Below are positions 26,901-41,623 of a stretch of DNA of 64,000 nt, in pieces. Origin of the DNA: Octopus sinensis. Its lineage: Eukaryota. Below the pieces are notes generated by a model, which saw nothing but the letters and a program-made list of their open reading frames with translations, was not told the DNA's origin and made no database searches. Made by a program: the position numbers and the translations under genes. Location of the stretch: positions 9,920,001-9,984,000 of the forward strand of contig NC_043005.1 in assembly GCF_006345805.1 (NCBI RefSeq), in the 5' to 3' direction. The stretch's first letter is position 1. Each line of letters opens with the position of its first letter.

Positions 26901-26968
26901 TAGTAATAGTAATAATAATAATAATAGTAATAGTAATAATAATAATAATAATTTTAATAATGATAATA

Positions 26969-27004
<36 letters not shown>

Positions 27005-27028
27005 GTAATAATAATCATAATAATAGTA

Positions 27029-27082
<54 letters not shown>

Positions 27083-27085
27083 GTA

Positions 27086-27116
<31 letters not shown>

Positions 27117-27184
27117 TAGTAATAGTAATAATAATAATAATAGTAATAGTAATAATAATAATAATGATTTTAATAATGATAATA

Positions 27185-27220
<36 letters not shown>

Positions 27221-27244
27221 GTAATAATAATCATAATAATAGTA

Positions 27245-27292
<48 letters not shown>

Positions 27293-27321
27293 GTAATAGT
27301 AATAATAATAATAATAATAAT
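26785..27321. repeat. (AAT/AGT)n tract with an internal higher-order duplication (~220 bp)
   Basis: Interruptions TTTTAATAATGAT and AATCAT each recur twice at the same spacing. Confidence 0.85.
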
Positions 27322-27794
27322 TTTGGTATAAAAGATGGGCTACAGCAAATATTCTGCTCAATACCACAGATTTGCTTGTCAGTTGTTTGACCTTAACCAG
27401 TTGAGCATGTCCCTTAGTGGCTGACGATATGTGCATCTCTGATCACGAGCAGAAGTAGTGGGGGAGCATCATAGCCATGTGTTGAGAGGGATTATTTGGG
27501 GTTTGAATAATTCACCTCTGGAAACATGGGTGGTTCTTTCAACATCCTTAAACAACCCTTATTCAGGGACCTTTTAAGCGGGATGGGCTACTCAACCTGA
27601 AGAAAATTTTAACTGGGCCCCACCTGCAAGGTCATGTGCTGTTTATCTTGATATGAGATCACCATGTCGCGCACATATGGTTGTGATGCATGTGCCTGGT
27701 GTACCCTTATCAGACGGGTAGTCATGATGGGTAAATTGGGCTTCGTATATTTTACCCCAGTGTCACTTTGATGGCATGCACTGCTCTCTCACTC
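27322..27794 (+). mobile_element. Family X, 5'-truncated copy
   Basis: Starts at TTGGTATAAAAG and has an intact 3' end followed by (AAT)n. Confidence 0.9.
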
Positions 27795-27894
<100 letters not shown>

Positions 27895-28328
27895 GTAATA
27901 ATAATAATAATAATGTTTCTTTGCCCTAGGGGTCGGGAAGACACTCGGCAAGAAATGGAAGCAAATTTGAAAGAAGAAAAAAAAAAGTAATAATAATAAT
28001 AATAATAATAATGATAATACCCCCACAATGCTTAGCTAGTAGTTCATTTCATCGGTCCGGATGGATGAAAGACAATGTTGCTTTCGGAGGGACTCGAAAT
28101 GTAAATAGGCTCCACATGGTTCCGGTTTCATTGAGCACTCCCCACCCCAAGTTTCATGCCTTGTGCCTATAGTAGAAAGGATTGTTTGGAAAGTTATGAT
28201 TTCTCAGATATTCCTTAAAAACTAGCAAGTTTAGAATACCTGGTCAAATCACTGAATGTGAAACTCATCAAATAAATATTTTAACAAACAGAGAAATTAT
28301 TTATATCTCAAAATATTTTTAAAGTAGT

Positions 28329-28766
28329 TACTCTTTTACTTTTTTACTTGTTTCAATCATTTGACTGTGGCCATGCTGGAGCACCGCTTTTAGTCGAGCA
28401 AACCGACTTATTTTTGCAAGCCTAGTACTTATTTTATCGGTCCCTTTTTGCCGAACCGCTAAGTTACGGGGGCGTAAACACACCACCATCAGTTGTCAAG
28501 CGCTGTTGGGGGAACAAGCACAAACACATAAACACACACACATACAAATATATATATATTATATATATATATATATGCATATATATATACATATACATAT
28601 ATACGACGGGCTTCTTTCAGTTTCCGTCTATCAGATCCACTCACAAGGCTTTGGTCGACGCAAGGCTATAGTAGAAGACACTTGCCCAAGGTGCCATGCA
28701 GTGGGACTGATCCCGGAACCATGTGGTTGGTAAGCAAGCTACTTACAACACAGCCACTCCTGCACC
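28329..28766 (-). mobile_element. SINE family A
   Basis: Alignment to other copies. Confidence 0.92.
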
Positions 28767-28946
28767 TGCGACACACAGCTTTATTTTAATAATCCCTGCT
28801 TAGTGTGCCTCTAATTAATTAAATACATCTGCGAATTAACCATTTTTGATCCGTTGTCTGAGCGTCACTTCTGTGAACGATGTATTTGATTTATGTTTCT
28901 GTTGAAGCGCAATGATGCAAAGACATCCAGCCTACATTCATTGTAG

Positions 28947-29007
28947 TGAACCCGGAACCATGTGGTTGGTAAGCAAGCTACTTACCACACAGCCACTCCT
29001 CTGCGCC
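28947..29007 (-). mobile_element. SINE family A head fragment
   Basis: TGAACCCGGAACCATGTGG...CAGCCACTCCT. Confidence 0.85.
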
Positions 29008-30429
29008 ATGTTATGAAAATAATATAAATATATTTTTGAATCCTTTGAGCAATGCGAGTGAGAAGTAAGGCGATGATATGTGAGTGATGTCAAAGAATAT
29101 AAACAAAGATATTGCATTATCTTGCATACATTATTTAATGTTTCCGCGATATTTCGGAAAAGATTCCCTTTATTTAATATAAGAAATAAAATAATCCAAG
29201 GGTTATTTGTTTTTATTTATCTATATCACCCTACATATTTTGCTTTACTTCTCACCTGCATTGCGCAAAGTCTTTTAAACATTCATATCATCTAAACACT
29301 GCAACGCTTCAAGCAACTCATCATACTACTATAGTGATATATCCATGGTAAGCACAGCTTGCGGGCTTGAAATATATTTTATTTCAAACGTTTTGTTTCT
29401 TTCCAAAGAGTGCAGCACAAAACGTTAGATTAGATATACGTAAAGCGACAAAAACTTTAACACTATATTTAGGGAACAAGTCCTTTAAGTAACTAAAACT
29501 GAAGCTACATTGTTCTCGTCAGAATTCTGTAGTTCTGCATACATTGTGTTGGTGATGTTTGCTATAAAAATTATTTTAACAGCTAAAATAGATTTCTAAC
29601 CAATAAATAATTGAAGATTTTCAGGATTTCTATCAATGTCCTTGTCTAGTTTCCTCTCCAATACCATTAATCATTGCAATAATAGAGAAATTTTCTAACG
29701 TGGAAATATATATTCTAGAATTTGTAAATAGCAAACGTCAATAAACAAACTAACAAACTTGCTTTACCTTAATCAATTTCTCTCAATGACGAATATCAGT
29801 TGATTTATGACTCACTATAAATAATGTCAGCATCTTAGCACATCAGTCAAGATTTTTACAAAGGTTTCTTCCGTTCTTTCACCATCATGGAATAACTAAA
29901 AGTCGATTCGTTGTGCAAATAAAGGAGAATATTTGCGAAAGATTGAAGGAGATTCTTCGTAAGTCTTTTTTCTACAATTTCTCAAAGCGAGAGATATATT
30001 ACTGTCATGCACACTAGAACTACATAAGTATTATCACACCTATCTTACGCGAACTGGCTGGACGTATAGCTCTACACAAACATTCTTCTTAAAATTGAAT
30101 GTTGCAAAGTATACCATGCGCCTTTTAAAATTAATAAACGACTTTGCTGATGTAAACAAAATAATTGAGCAATCAAAAGAGCCTCTATGCAGTCGCTCCA
30201 TCTGCTAGAAGAGGCAACCGAATGTAATTAAGGAGAGAAGTTTTGGCAAGTAGGATCTCAATAATAACGGTTTCAAATTTTAGCAGAAGACCAGCTTCTT
30301 TGAAGGGCGTATATAAAGTCAAGTACATCGACCCGGTACTTGACTGGTTCTATATTTTATAGACCTTGAAAGAATGAAAGGCAAAGTTAACCTCGGCAGA
30401 TTTAGAACACAAATCCTAAAAGCTCAGAA

Positions 30430-30836
30430 CGTAGGAGTGGCTGTGTGGTAAGTAGCTTGCTTACAAACCACATGGTTCTGGGTTCAGTCCCACTACGTGG
30501 CACCTTGGGCAAGTGTCTTCTTCTATAGCCTCGGGCCGACCAAAGACTTATGAGTGGATTTGGTAGGCGGAAACTGAAAGAAGCCCGTCGTATATATGTA
30601 TATATATGTATGTATGTGCGTGTATATGTTTGTGTGTTTGCGTTTGCCCCCCCCCCCAACATCGCTTGACAGCCGATGGTGGTGTATTTACGTCCCCGTA
30701 ACTTAGCGGTTCAGCAAAAGAGACCGATAGAATAAGTATTAGGCTTACAAAGAATAAGTCCTGGAGTTGATTTGCTCGACTAAAGGTGGTGCTCCAGCAT
30801 GGCCACAGTCAAATGACTGTAACAAGTAAAAGAGTA
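30430..30836 (+). mobile_element. SINE family A
   Basis: Alignment to other copies. Confidence 0.92.
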
Positions 30837-30904
30837 CCGAAAGGTATTTTGTCCGACGTTGAATCTATTCACCCCGGCCACCACCTTAATAATAAAAAGT
30901 TATT

Positions 30905-31124
30905 AAGGCGGTGTTGCTGGCAGAAACGTTAGCACGCAGGGCGAAATGCTTAGTGGTATTTCGTCTGTCTATACGCTCTGAGTTCAAATTCCACAGAGGT
31001 CGACTTTGCCTTTCATCCTTTCGGGGTCGATAAATTAATTACCAGTTGCATACTGGGGTCGATCTAATCGACTGGCCCCCCCTCCCCTAAAATTCCGGGC
31101 CTTGTGCCTAGAGAAGAAAAAGAA
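30905..31124 (+). mobile_element. tRNA-derived SINE family D monomer, tail type 2
   Basis: AAGGCGG..GCTGGCAGAAACGTTAGC head, GAGTTCAAATTCC B box, central GGTCGACTTTGCCTTTCATCCTTTCGGGGTCGATAAA domain. Confidence 0.9.
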
Positions 31125-31199
31125 TAATAATAATCATTTGTTTATTAGCCAGAAGGGCTCAAATAATCACAGTAAAATACAGTGAGCGTTAATAGAGGA

Positions 31200-31614
31200 G
31201 GCGCAGGAGTGGCTGTGTGGTAAGTAGCTTGTTTACCAACCACATAGTTCCGGGTTCAGTCCCACTGCGTGGCATCTTGGGCAAGTGTCTTCTGCTATAG
31301 CCCCGGGCTGACCAAAGCCTTGTGAGTGGATTTGGTAGACGGAAACTGAAAGAAGCCCGTCGTATATATGTATATATATATATATGCGTGTGTGTGTTTG
31401 TGCGTCTGTGTTTGTCCCCCTAGCATTGCTTGACAACCGATGCTGGTGTGTTTATGTCCCCGTTACTTAGCGGTTCGGCAAAAGAGACCGATAGAATTAG
31501 TACTGGGCTTACAAAAGAATAAGTCCCGGGGTCGAGTTGCTCGATTAAAGGCGGTGCTTCAGCATGGCCGCAGTCAAATGACTGAAACAAGTAAAAGAGT
31601 AAAGAGTAAAAGAG
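31200..31614 (+). mobile_element. SINE family A
   Basis: Alignment to other copies. Confidence 0.93.
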
Positions 31615-31936
31615 AGAGGATAAACAAAATGTGTGGATGGAGAAATATTATACAAAGACGAGGAAAAAATATGAAATACATCATAAACAATATAAGAGAA
31701 CAAGTTAAATTTAGAGAACATTCAGATTATTACTCAAAATATTTAAAATAAAACATAATACACTTTAAACAAAATAAAACACGGAGAATAAAGAAAAGCT
31801 TAGATTTCTTGTCTTGGTTGTTTCAGAGCATCCGCACTTCACTGAAGTCTTGTAGACCCAAACATGCCTATTCGCGTCGTCAGGAATTTTTGTTTAAATA
31901 ATTTTATCGTAAACTATCTATTCTATTTCTATTAAT

Positions 31937-32321
31937 GGAGGCACTCCGTCGGTTACGACGACGAGGGTTCCGGTTGATCCGATTAACGGAATAGCCTGCT
32001 CGTGAAATTAACGTGTAAGTGGCTGAGCACTCCACAGACACGTGTACCCTTAACGTAGTTCTCGGGGATATTCAGCGTGACACAGAGAGTGACAAGGCCG
32101 GCCCTTTGAAATACAGGTACAACAGAAACAGGAAGTAGGAGTGAGAGAAAGTTGTGGTGAAAGAGTACAGCAGGGATCACCACCATCCCCTGCAGGAGCC
32201 TCGTGGAGCTTTTAGGTGTTTTCGCTCAATAAAAACTCACAACGCCCGGTCTGGGAATCGAAACCGCGATCCTACGACCGCGAGTCCGCTGCCCTAACCA
32301 CTGGGCCATTGCGCCTCCGCC
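31937..32321 (-). mobile_element. SINE family C, tail type 3
   Basis: 12-bp TSD ATTTCTATTAAT at 31925-31936 and 32322-32333. Confidence 0.95.
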
Positions 32322-34084
32322 ATTTCTATTAATATTCTGTCACTGACATATTGTTTTATATCTCCAAATTTTTTTTTTCTAATTCGTTCATTTCTATATC
32401 CAAATATTGTCCCTGCCACAATAACGAGATAAAACGTCAATAAGGTGCTACTCTCTCTTTCCAATTTTCTTTTTGTTACTCTTTTTATAATAGTCTTGAG
32501 GAGAAGCTTCATTGCTATTCTGAGGTGATGACCGTTACAGTAGTTCTGAGCAGCGATATCATTATTGTTTCGAAGAGAGAATTCATCCTCGACCATTCCT
32601 TGTTTTCTGCTGGACACTCTTCCACACGACTGTATAACCTGAGAAGGCTATAGCCTGTAGTACTTTTCTAGTTAATTTTTATTGGAGGTTGTTCGTTCTC
32701 TGGTGGAGAAGTCTTTTATCTCCCTCACTCTTAACATTCTTAACACTGAAGTTTCGATCAGACTCAACCGCTTCCACTTCATCACAGAATGATAAATTGG
32801 GGGACAGGGTATCTGTTCCCTTGTTTCCAGGACCGAATATCTGGTGGCTTCCTCAGCAATTTCTGGAGATGTGTCTGATGGTGCTGTTCCTGTTGCTATT
32901 CAAATTGCTCTCTGCTCTTATCTTTTATCATTCCTTTGCTTGCTATTCTACTCCTTCAGGTCAAAAGATCTCAAGTGGGTCTTGTTCCCACATATATAAC
33001 AACTATTCTTTTTCCTTTGCGCTACCAACCACATACCCTGCTCTTTATTATTATTATAACTTTTTTTTTGTATCTCATTTGAGCAGAGCTCTAGTATAAT
33101 TCTGTGGCTATTGGTCATTAGGACTTGCAAAATTTTCCTGAGTCCTCTCTCCCATACGTTGCGTCGTGTTACCGCAGCACTTACTCGCCTCTATGATCAT
33201 CTACAGATCCAGATTTTAAATGTTTCTGATCGTTATCTTCATATTTTTCTGCCACATAAACTGTAGCACAACTCTATGGTAGATCTATACTTAACTATTT
33301 CAACTTATATCTTAACAAAGTCATTACTACTTAAAGTAAGCAGAAAGTATCATAAAATCTGCTCCCCCCAATTGAAAAAAAAATATCTCCCCACATTTCT
33401 TTTAGATCTTCTCACTGCTGTTTCAACGATAATTAGAAACCGCTGTCATTCCATTTTCTTTTCTCTTTGTCCTCTCTTGAGTTTCATACTGGCTCAAAGA
33501 GAGACGTTTTGGCTTTACACAAAGCCTTTAGATATTTTTTTTTGCAAATTTTGCAAACTTCAGTAGTACCGTTTGTACAACTGAGACAAAACTTGGTCCC
33601 TTAACACATTCCTAAAATATGCATTATCTAACATATTTGTCTGTGCGCAACTGTTGTTACTATTATCGTTGAAATTATTTGTTAAACTGTTTGAAATGGT
33701 ATCCTTTTCATAACTAAATTTTAATTTTATTGCTCGTTATTTCCGTTTTGTTTTGCTCGCACATTGTTTGATACAATTTAGTTTCGTCTTGTTTTGTTTA
33801 TCTTGTGCGCTGTTATAATGTTTTTTTTTTATATTCTGCCAGTTCTTTCAATTTTGGCACAGGACGAGCAGTTTTGAGGAGAGAGCTTTACTCGATTAAA
33901 TCAACCCAAGTACTTGATTGGTGCTGCATTTTATCGACCCCAGTAAGATGAACGGGTTTCGTAACCACGTATTTTCAGTTCTACTGAGGTACGCCTTAAA
34001 CAAGTTTCTTTTACTATAAACGCGAGCAGAGCAATATTTTCTGCGTGAATGCAGTCGACAGAATTAAAAAAAAACCATACACAC

Positions 34085-34151
34085 AAAAACACAGACGTGT
34101 GTATGCATATATATACATACATATATATATATATATACATATATATATTTA

Positions 34152-34185
<34 letters not shown>

Positions 34186-34190
34186 CATAC

Positions 34191-34221
<31 letters not shown>

Positions 34222-34404
34222 CATATATATATTTATATATATTTATATATATATATAATATATATATATATATAATATATATATATATACATACATATAT
34301 ATATATATGTATATATATATATACATATATATATTTATATATTTATATATATATATATATAAATATATATAATATATATATATATATAATATATATATAT
34401 ATAT
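34085..34404. repeat. (TA)n microsatellite
   Basis: Direct reading. Confidence 0.97.
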
Positions 34405-34840
34405 TACACCATACCACACAACACATCACATCACAACACACCACCACTCACACACCACCACTGACCAATTCCCATCCCCACATTTTCACACCCATACATA
34501 CACACACGCTCACGTTAAGACCACCAGCCCTCTTTCACACGCACATACGTACTCTCTTACACACACGTGCACCTTCGTTTTGGGATCACTATTACTTTGT
34601 TATCTCCCCTACTTCTTCGCCCTCCTGTGTGACCCTTCTGTCCGGCAGTCGCCATAATAGATCGGTAGCCACTACATATTTTTTCTCTCCTTGTTTCTTT
34701 CTGTGTTCCTTTCTGTTGAAGAGCGTAGGCTCGAAACGTAAAATACTTTTTCAATTCCCGCCCGTTATACTAATACATCTGTTTGTTTTCTACACCACCT
34801 GTCTTCGTCTTTTGTTGTTTTTTTTCGTGAATTCTCCCCC
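34405..34840 (+). mobile_element. Penelope-like terminal-repeat fragment in (TA)n
   Basis: Contains a degenerate hammerhead motif (34710-34743). Its 3' end matches 63927-64000 on the opposite strand, and both abut (TA)n. Confidence 0.55.
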
Positions 34841-34893
34841 TATATATATGCATACATAAATGTGTGTATATATACATACATGTGTGTATATAT

Positions 34894-34948
<55 letters not shown>

Positions 34949-34972
34949 CATATGTGTATATATACATACATG

Positions 34973-35018
<46 letters not shown>

Positions 35019-35054
35019 GAATCTGCGTGTGTATTAGTGCTTTTGTTTTTCACT

Positions 35055-35230
35055 CACTTGACAGCCGGTGTTGGCTTATTTGCATTCCCGTAGTTTAGCA
35101 GTTCGGCAATGGGATTCCGACAAGTGCCAGACATAAAACTAAATGCTGGGTCAATTGGATGGACTAAACCTTACCCACCGGTGCTCCAGCATGATCAGAG
35201 GCCCATGGATAAAACAAATAAAAGAATAGG
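35055..35230 (+). mobile_element. Old, diverged SINE family A-related 3' half
   Basis: CTTGACAGCCGGTG...TTAGCAGTTCGGCAA...CGGTGCTCCAGCATG. Confidence 0.6.
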
Positions 35231-35750
35231 ATAATAAAGGAAATATAATAATTGACACAAATGAGACCCTGTCCTTCTATTGCCTCAACAACAATGCAGC
35301 GAACCAATTAAGGAAATTACATTTTTTTCCTATCCAGATTGCTTTGTGATTTCGATATCTTTTTTATCGTTATTTTATTGTCTTTTTATGTTGTTTGCCA
35401 CAATTTGTGGGGTGGGTGGGGGGTCAGCAGTTTTCCATCTTAATCTAACAGTCTAGTCCTACAGGACGCTTATTTTATTTCATTCCTTCTTAATATCCAT
35501 GAAGAAATCGACTACAGACATCGCTTCTCCATACATTTTATAGTTCATTTTATCTTAATTTTCTTTCCCGAATCTTAAATATTTTCGCTTTTCTTTTTCT
35601 CTCATTCCTTTCGTTAGCTTCCTCGGTTCCTTCACTCTTTCTCTTTGTCCCTCTCTTTCTCTATCTCTCACTCTCACACTCTCTTTCTCTTTCTCTCTCA
35701 CACACACACTCTTTCTCTTTCTCATACATGCACTCTCTTTATTGTGCGTG

Positions 35751-35785
<35 letters not shown>

Positions 35786-35913
35786 ATATGTATATATATA
35801 TATATGTATATATATGTATATATATATGTATATATATATGTATATATATATATATGTATATACATATGTATATATATATATATGTGTGTGTGTGTGTTCA
35901 TACACATACATAC

Positions 35914-35978
<65 letters not shown>

Positions 35979-36940
35979 GCGAGAAAGAAGCTTCTTTCTC
36001 GCTTATAATCACCCCACATTACTGTATTGTTAAATCAGTATAGTTTTTTTTGGTGCATCTAAGTTAGGTACCATATTCAAGTAAATTTTTTAAATTAACT
36101 TGAATCTTTATTGCTCTTTGTATATATATATATATATATATATAAAAGCACACATTTATGTGAAATATATAATTTTATATTTCTGCTTAATTGTTCTCCG
36201 AAATAATGCCTTCCTACCACAAATAACTCCATTGTTATTTCTTGCATCCTATATTGGAAACTATATATTCCACGAACAATATGAATCGTCAAAGACAGGA
36301 ACATATTTCTAGTTCAGTCGAGATGTAACAATGATTCTGTGTAGTTTCGGAGTTTACATTTGTTGCAAGTTTATTTTGAATTTATTCTGTATTTCTTTAC
36401 ACTTCCATAACCGACTCATACTATATGTATTTCTTATCTCATTAGAAAGAAAATGCGATTCCTGAAGAGATCAGTGTAAAAACAGTATATTCAGAAGTTT
36501 AGCATTCGTTAGTCTGAGAACATTTAGTGATAGCTTGGTATACTAAATATTAAATGGCTGGAACAAGAAACGTTTAGTTATGGTTGCAATAATGGTATAA
36601 CAAAGTACAGGAAGAATGAACAGCACAAAAATATATTATTCGAAATATAATGTAAAAGAAAACAAACAAAAAAAGTATCCTTTCAGAGAGAGCAATAATT
36701 TACCTGGCATTTAAAAAAAAATATATCGGCAAAATGTCGATATCGACAAAAAGGCAACCTGTCTCTCTCTCTTCCCATCTGCCATTCTTTCTATCTAGAT
36801 GTCTATCTACCTCTGCATGTTTCTCTGTGTATGTATGTATGTATGTATGTATGTATGTATGTATGTATGTATGTATGTATGTATGTATATATGTATGTAC
36901 GTATGTATGTACGTATGTATGTATGTATATATGTATATAT

Positions 36941-36990
<50 letters not shown>

Positions 36991-36997
36991 ATATATA

Positions 36998-37324
36998 GGT
37001 AAATAAAATCTTCGAACAGACGGTCAGTAGCGACACCTGCTGGTTCTGACTACGCTGCATTGATAAAGGACAACAACCCTGAAACATGTCTGCAGATGTC
37101 TGACTAGTAAGGTGAAGCGGCTGACCTCCCCTGTTCGAAGGTTGTAATGGACGCAGGTTCGTGTGCCATATAGCTAGCTAGAGGCGATGGCCTCTTGGAG
37201 CTAATCAGCGACAGCTTTAGTCTTATATTTATAGACTGCCATATTAGGATGGCGATAACTATTAATATCCAGTAACGCTGCCGTAATCTCCTTTAGAGAA
37301 ACTTAGTAATTTTAATATTTCTAT
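36998..37324 (+). mobile_element. Small (TA)n-flanked non-coding element carrying a hammerhead motif
   Basis: A unique ~330-bp island between two (TA)n tracts that contains the ribozyme motif below. Only one copy in the window. Confidence 0.45.
37055..37095 (+). ncRNA. Minimal type I hammerhead ribozyme candidate (U3-A8 core variant)
   Basis: CTGCA-TTGATAA-AGG(ACAACAAC)CCT-GAAAC-AT-GTC-TGCAG: 5-bp stem I, 3-bp stem II, palindromic stem III ACATGT, GUC triplet. Confidence 0.75.
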
Positions 37325-38055
37325 TATATATATATATATATATATATTAATCACATATACACATGCATATATTCATAAATATATAGCTTGACAAGAGATG
37401 AAACCGAAACTTTTGGCCCCTGATCCATTTCTATAATTTTTCAGCTAATGAATAGTTGTGTGCATGTATTGCGTGTGTGTGTGTGTATGGGGTGTGTGTG
37501 CGTGTGTGTGTTCCAATAAAAGTATGTATAAAGGCTGAAAGTGTGTCTTGGGTACTAGGTTCGCAAATTCCGTATCAAGACTCCACAGATATCCTCTCTC
37601 TCTTGTATTTTTCTAACCACATTGGTGTGCAGAGGGCAGCTGATTTCCACAACAGAACATATGCTTCCCTTGAGGTCTCACACAACAATATCAGACCGTT
37701 TGCATTTTTAACTTGGTGGCTGTTTTAATTGTTGAGTTCCACAAATATTCTTACGGCCCCTCGGTCTCAAAATGCTCTGCTTCGCCTGTAAATGTTTTCT
37801 CTTTTAGCCTGTTCTGTCCACCGCATCATACCTCATGGGAAGATACTATCTGCAAGACATTCCCTCGCAGGTGGCAATAACATTTTCAGTCTTGGTCATG
37901 CGCAGCCTATATTTGTTGTCTCTCGACTTTTTATGCCTTCTATGTTGTAGTTACTTGGTGTATAACTCTTGCTCTACACCAAGTATGGCGGTAGCCTTCG
38001 AAGTGGGATTGTCCGAACTCCATGCCAAGCTTTTGACATGTCTCTTTTAATGATT

Positions 38056-38638
<583 letters not shown>

Positions 38639-40170
38639 TTATGAACATGAACACAAAATGGAAGACACACGAGAGAGACAAGTTTTAACAAATATTGTAC
38701 TAGCTTAACGCTTAGATATTTAAATTGTATATATCCATATGTGTCTGTGTATGTATATGCATGTATATATGCATGCATGCGTGTATGCATGTTTCCAACG
38801 CTTTAAACCATCATGTAACGATTTAAATAGTGAAATGAATTCGAATAATATGTAAAGGTTAATATTCCAGGCAGAGTCTTTAATCAGAGTGACTGTAGCT
38901 AGTTCCAAATTGAAATAAAAGGATATTTTTCGTCACAGATTCGATCCTGTTGTGCAGAAGTCTGATTATTAAGTGATATACCATGTCTCCTACACCAATT
39001 TAATTAATTGTAGAAAGAGAAAACTCATATATTTCTCATGTACTTTATGACATACAGCATAGAAGCTTGTAATGCTACGGATGTCTTTTTCTATTCATTG
39101 CCTCCGTTATCATTGTATCTCGTTCTAATCATCTTCCACACAATACAATGATAAAATAGAAATATTGGAGTTTGTAGGTTAATAAATTATTAATAACAAT
39201 GAGATAACATTTGATGAATTCGCTGACAGAAGTCATCATGAGACTTAACGCTTTCACAAGGCTTTCATATAAAATAGACATTTCTATTTTTTATTCCATA
39301 GTCTGATATAAATAACTATAATCAAAAATTATTGTAATAATTACATACAGATGCAATCGCATCACTATGGTTTTCTTATCGTTCATTAGATAAAATAAAA
39401 CTGCGTTTTTCTTTGACTCTGTTGAAAGGATTTCAGCATTACTCAGTGGTTATTTTAATGGATTCGGAGAAACCTTTCCGCAAAGAAAACAAAACAACAG
39501 ACCACTTCTATTGATCACAGACTTAGATGAATTGTTTTGACTCATCATTTCTGATTATTTCAATAAACCAGGCATCGCTTCACATTTCTAAATGAGAAGA
39601 GAAAATGGACATATAATGAAAAATAAAGACTTGAGAGTGTAAATGGGTTGTGTTGAGTTGAAAGCAGTAAATTCACGGATTTGAAGTTGGTCGGGTTGGT
39701 CACGTGTAGTAATGTGAAAGGTTGGTAAAGCAGCCTTGGAGGCAACCACTAGATCGCACTTCTGCTTGGTTTTTATACCTGCAATGGTTATTATCAAAAT
39801 ACTCTTATAACTACACTCTAGCTTCTTTAAAATAGGGAACTATGTATTTGAGTACTCCAAGATAAACTGTGTCCGGCAAGGTGTTTAAAAGTATTTCACC
39901 ACAAGTTTGCTCGATGCTGACTGATTTATAAACAACAACCGCATCGTAACTATGGTCAACACAACAGGGATTTTACACTAGAAGTACCGAGCGGTCATAT
40001 ATAACTGCTTTTGCTATTTGCTTTTTAGTTTATACAACTCCATTGAATGTGCAATCATGAGCATCATTTCTTATATATGTGTATATATATATATATATAC
40101 TTTTTTTAACGCAAATAAATGCTAAAAGACTGTATTTTCAAATCCCTTTTTCATTGCATTAGCTTATATA

Positions 40171-40328
40171 GGCGCAGGAGTGGCTGTGTGGTAAGTAGCT
40201 TGCTTACCAACCACATGGTCCCGGGTTCAGTCCCACTGCGTAGTATCTTCTACTATAGCCTCAGGCCGACCAAAGCCTTGTGAGTGGATTTGGTAGACGG
40301 AAACTCAAAGAAGGCCGTCGTTTATATG

Positions 40329-40374
<46 letters not shown>

Positions 40375-40570
40375 TTGTCCCCCTAGCATTGCTTGACAAC
40401 CGATGCTGGTGTGTTTACGTCCCCGTCACTTAGCGGTTCGGCAAAGAGACCGATAGAATAAGTACTGGGCTTACAAAGAATAATTCCAAGGGTCGATTTG
40501 CTCGACTAAAGGCGGTGCTCCAGCATGGCCGCAGTCAAATGACTGAAACAAGTACAAGAGTACAAGAGTA
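40171..40570 (+). mobile_element. SINE family A (small internal deletion after the head)
   Basis: Alignment to other copies. Confidence 0.92.
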
Positions 40571-41275
40571 TATTTGAAACAAATTGTATTAAATAAAGAA
40601 TTCCAATGCCTGTCAAGAATGCCCGCAATGGACATTGTAGGAAATAAGAAATGTTAGTACTTCTAGTTCTCTTTGTTTCTATGTTTGTTTAGAGTGCAAT
40701 ATATACAGTCACTGTTCAAAGCAGTGGAGTTACGACGGAATTTCCAGCTATCTCATTAAATTTCAATACTTAGTTCACGTCCTACAGAGAACTTGGGCAT
40801 CAAGTTCTTTGAGCTTAGAAAATACGATGGAAAATCCCACCTGTTTAGGGACTGCATCTTCATTTTACTTTTCATCAACAACATAGGATTAAACGATTAA
40901 TAACCATAATTATTATCTCATAACAACCACCGTTTTTATTATAAGTAACAGTACTGTATTTTCACCAACTTCACTAGCGATACCAACGTAAATCTAATAT
41001 GAATTCAATTATAATCTTATGACTAAATTCTGTCTTGGAGTATGGGAAACTTAGGTAGATGCTTGGAGTTCTGCATGAATCTAGGAGCCAAATGCTAAGC
41101 GATGCCTGCTGTGGCTTTCATCCGATAGATAACTATGAGCTCCAGTGTTTTGCTTTACCTGAGTGAGGTGTCAATCAAAGCTGTTAAGACGTCCTTGCTT
41201 ATAAACGTGAAACTATTTACAGGTAAATTCTAAGATTAACATCTAAGATTAATACTTCGGCATCTCTCTATCTAT

Positions 41276-41558
41276 CTTTTACTCTTTTACTCTTTTACTT
41301 GTTTCAGTCATTTGACTGTGGCCATGCTGGAGCACCTCCTTTAGTCGAGCAAATCAACCCCAGGACTTATTCTTTGTAATCCTTGTACTTATTCGATCGG
41401 TCTCTTTTTCCGAACCGCTAAGTTACAGGGACGTAAACACACCAGCATCGGTTGTCAAGCGATGTTGGTGGGGGGACAAACACAGACACACAAACATATA
41501 CACACACACATACATACATACATACATACATGCATACATACATACATACATACATACA

Positions 41559-41623
<65 letters not shown>

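Noticed and set aside
37790-38040. Plus-strand acceptor TTTTCTCTTTTAG followed by short ORFs
   Set aside because: No recognisable protein and no strong donor.
39974-40667. CACTAGAAGTAC / GTACTTCTAGT as possible piggyBac-like TIRs
   Set aside because: Only 11 bp match, with no TTAA duplication on both sides.
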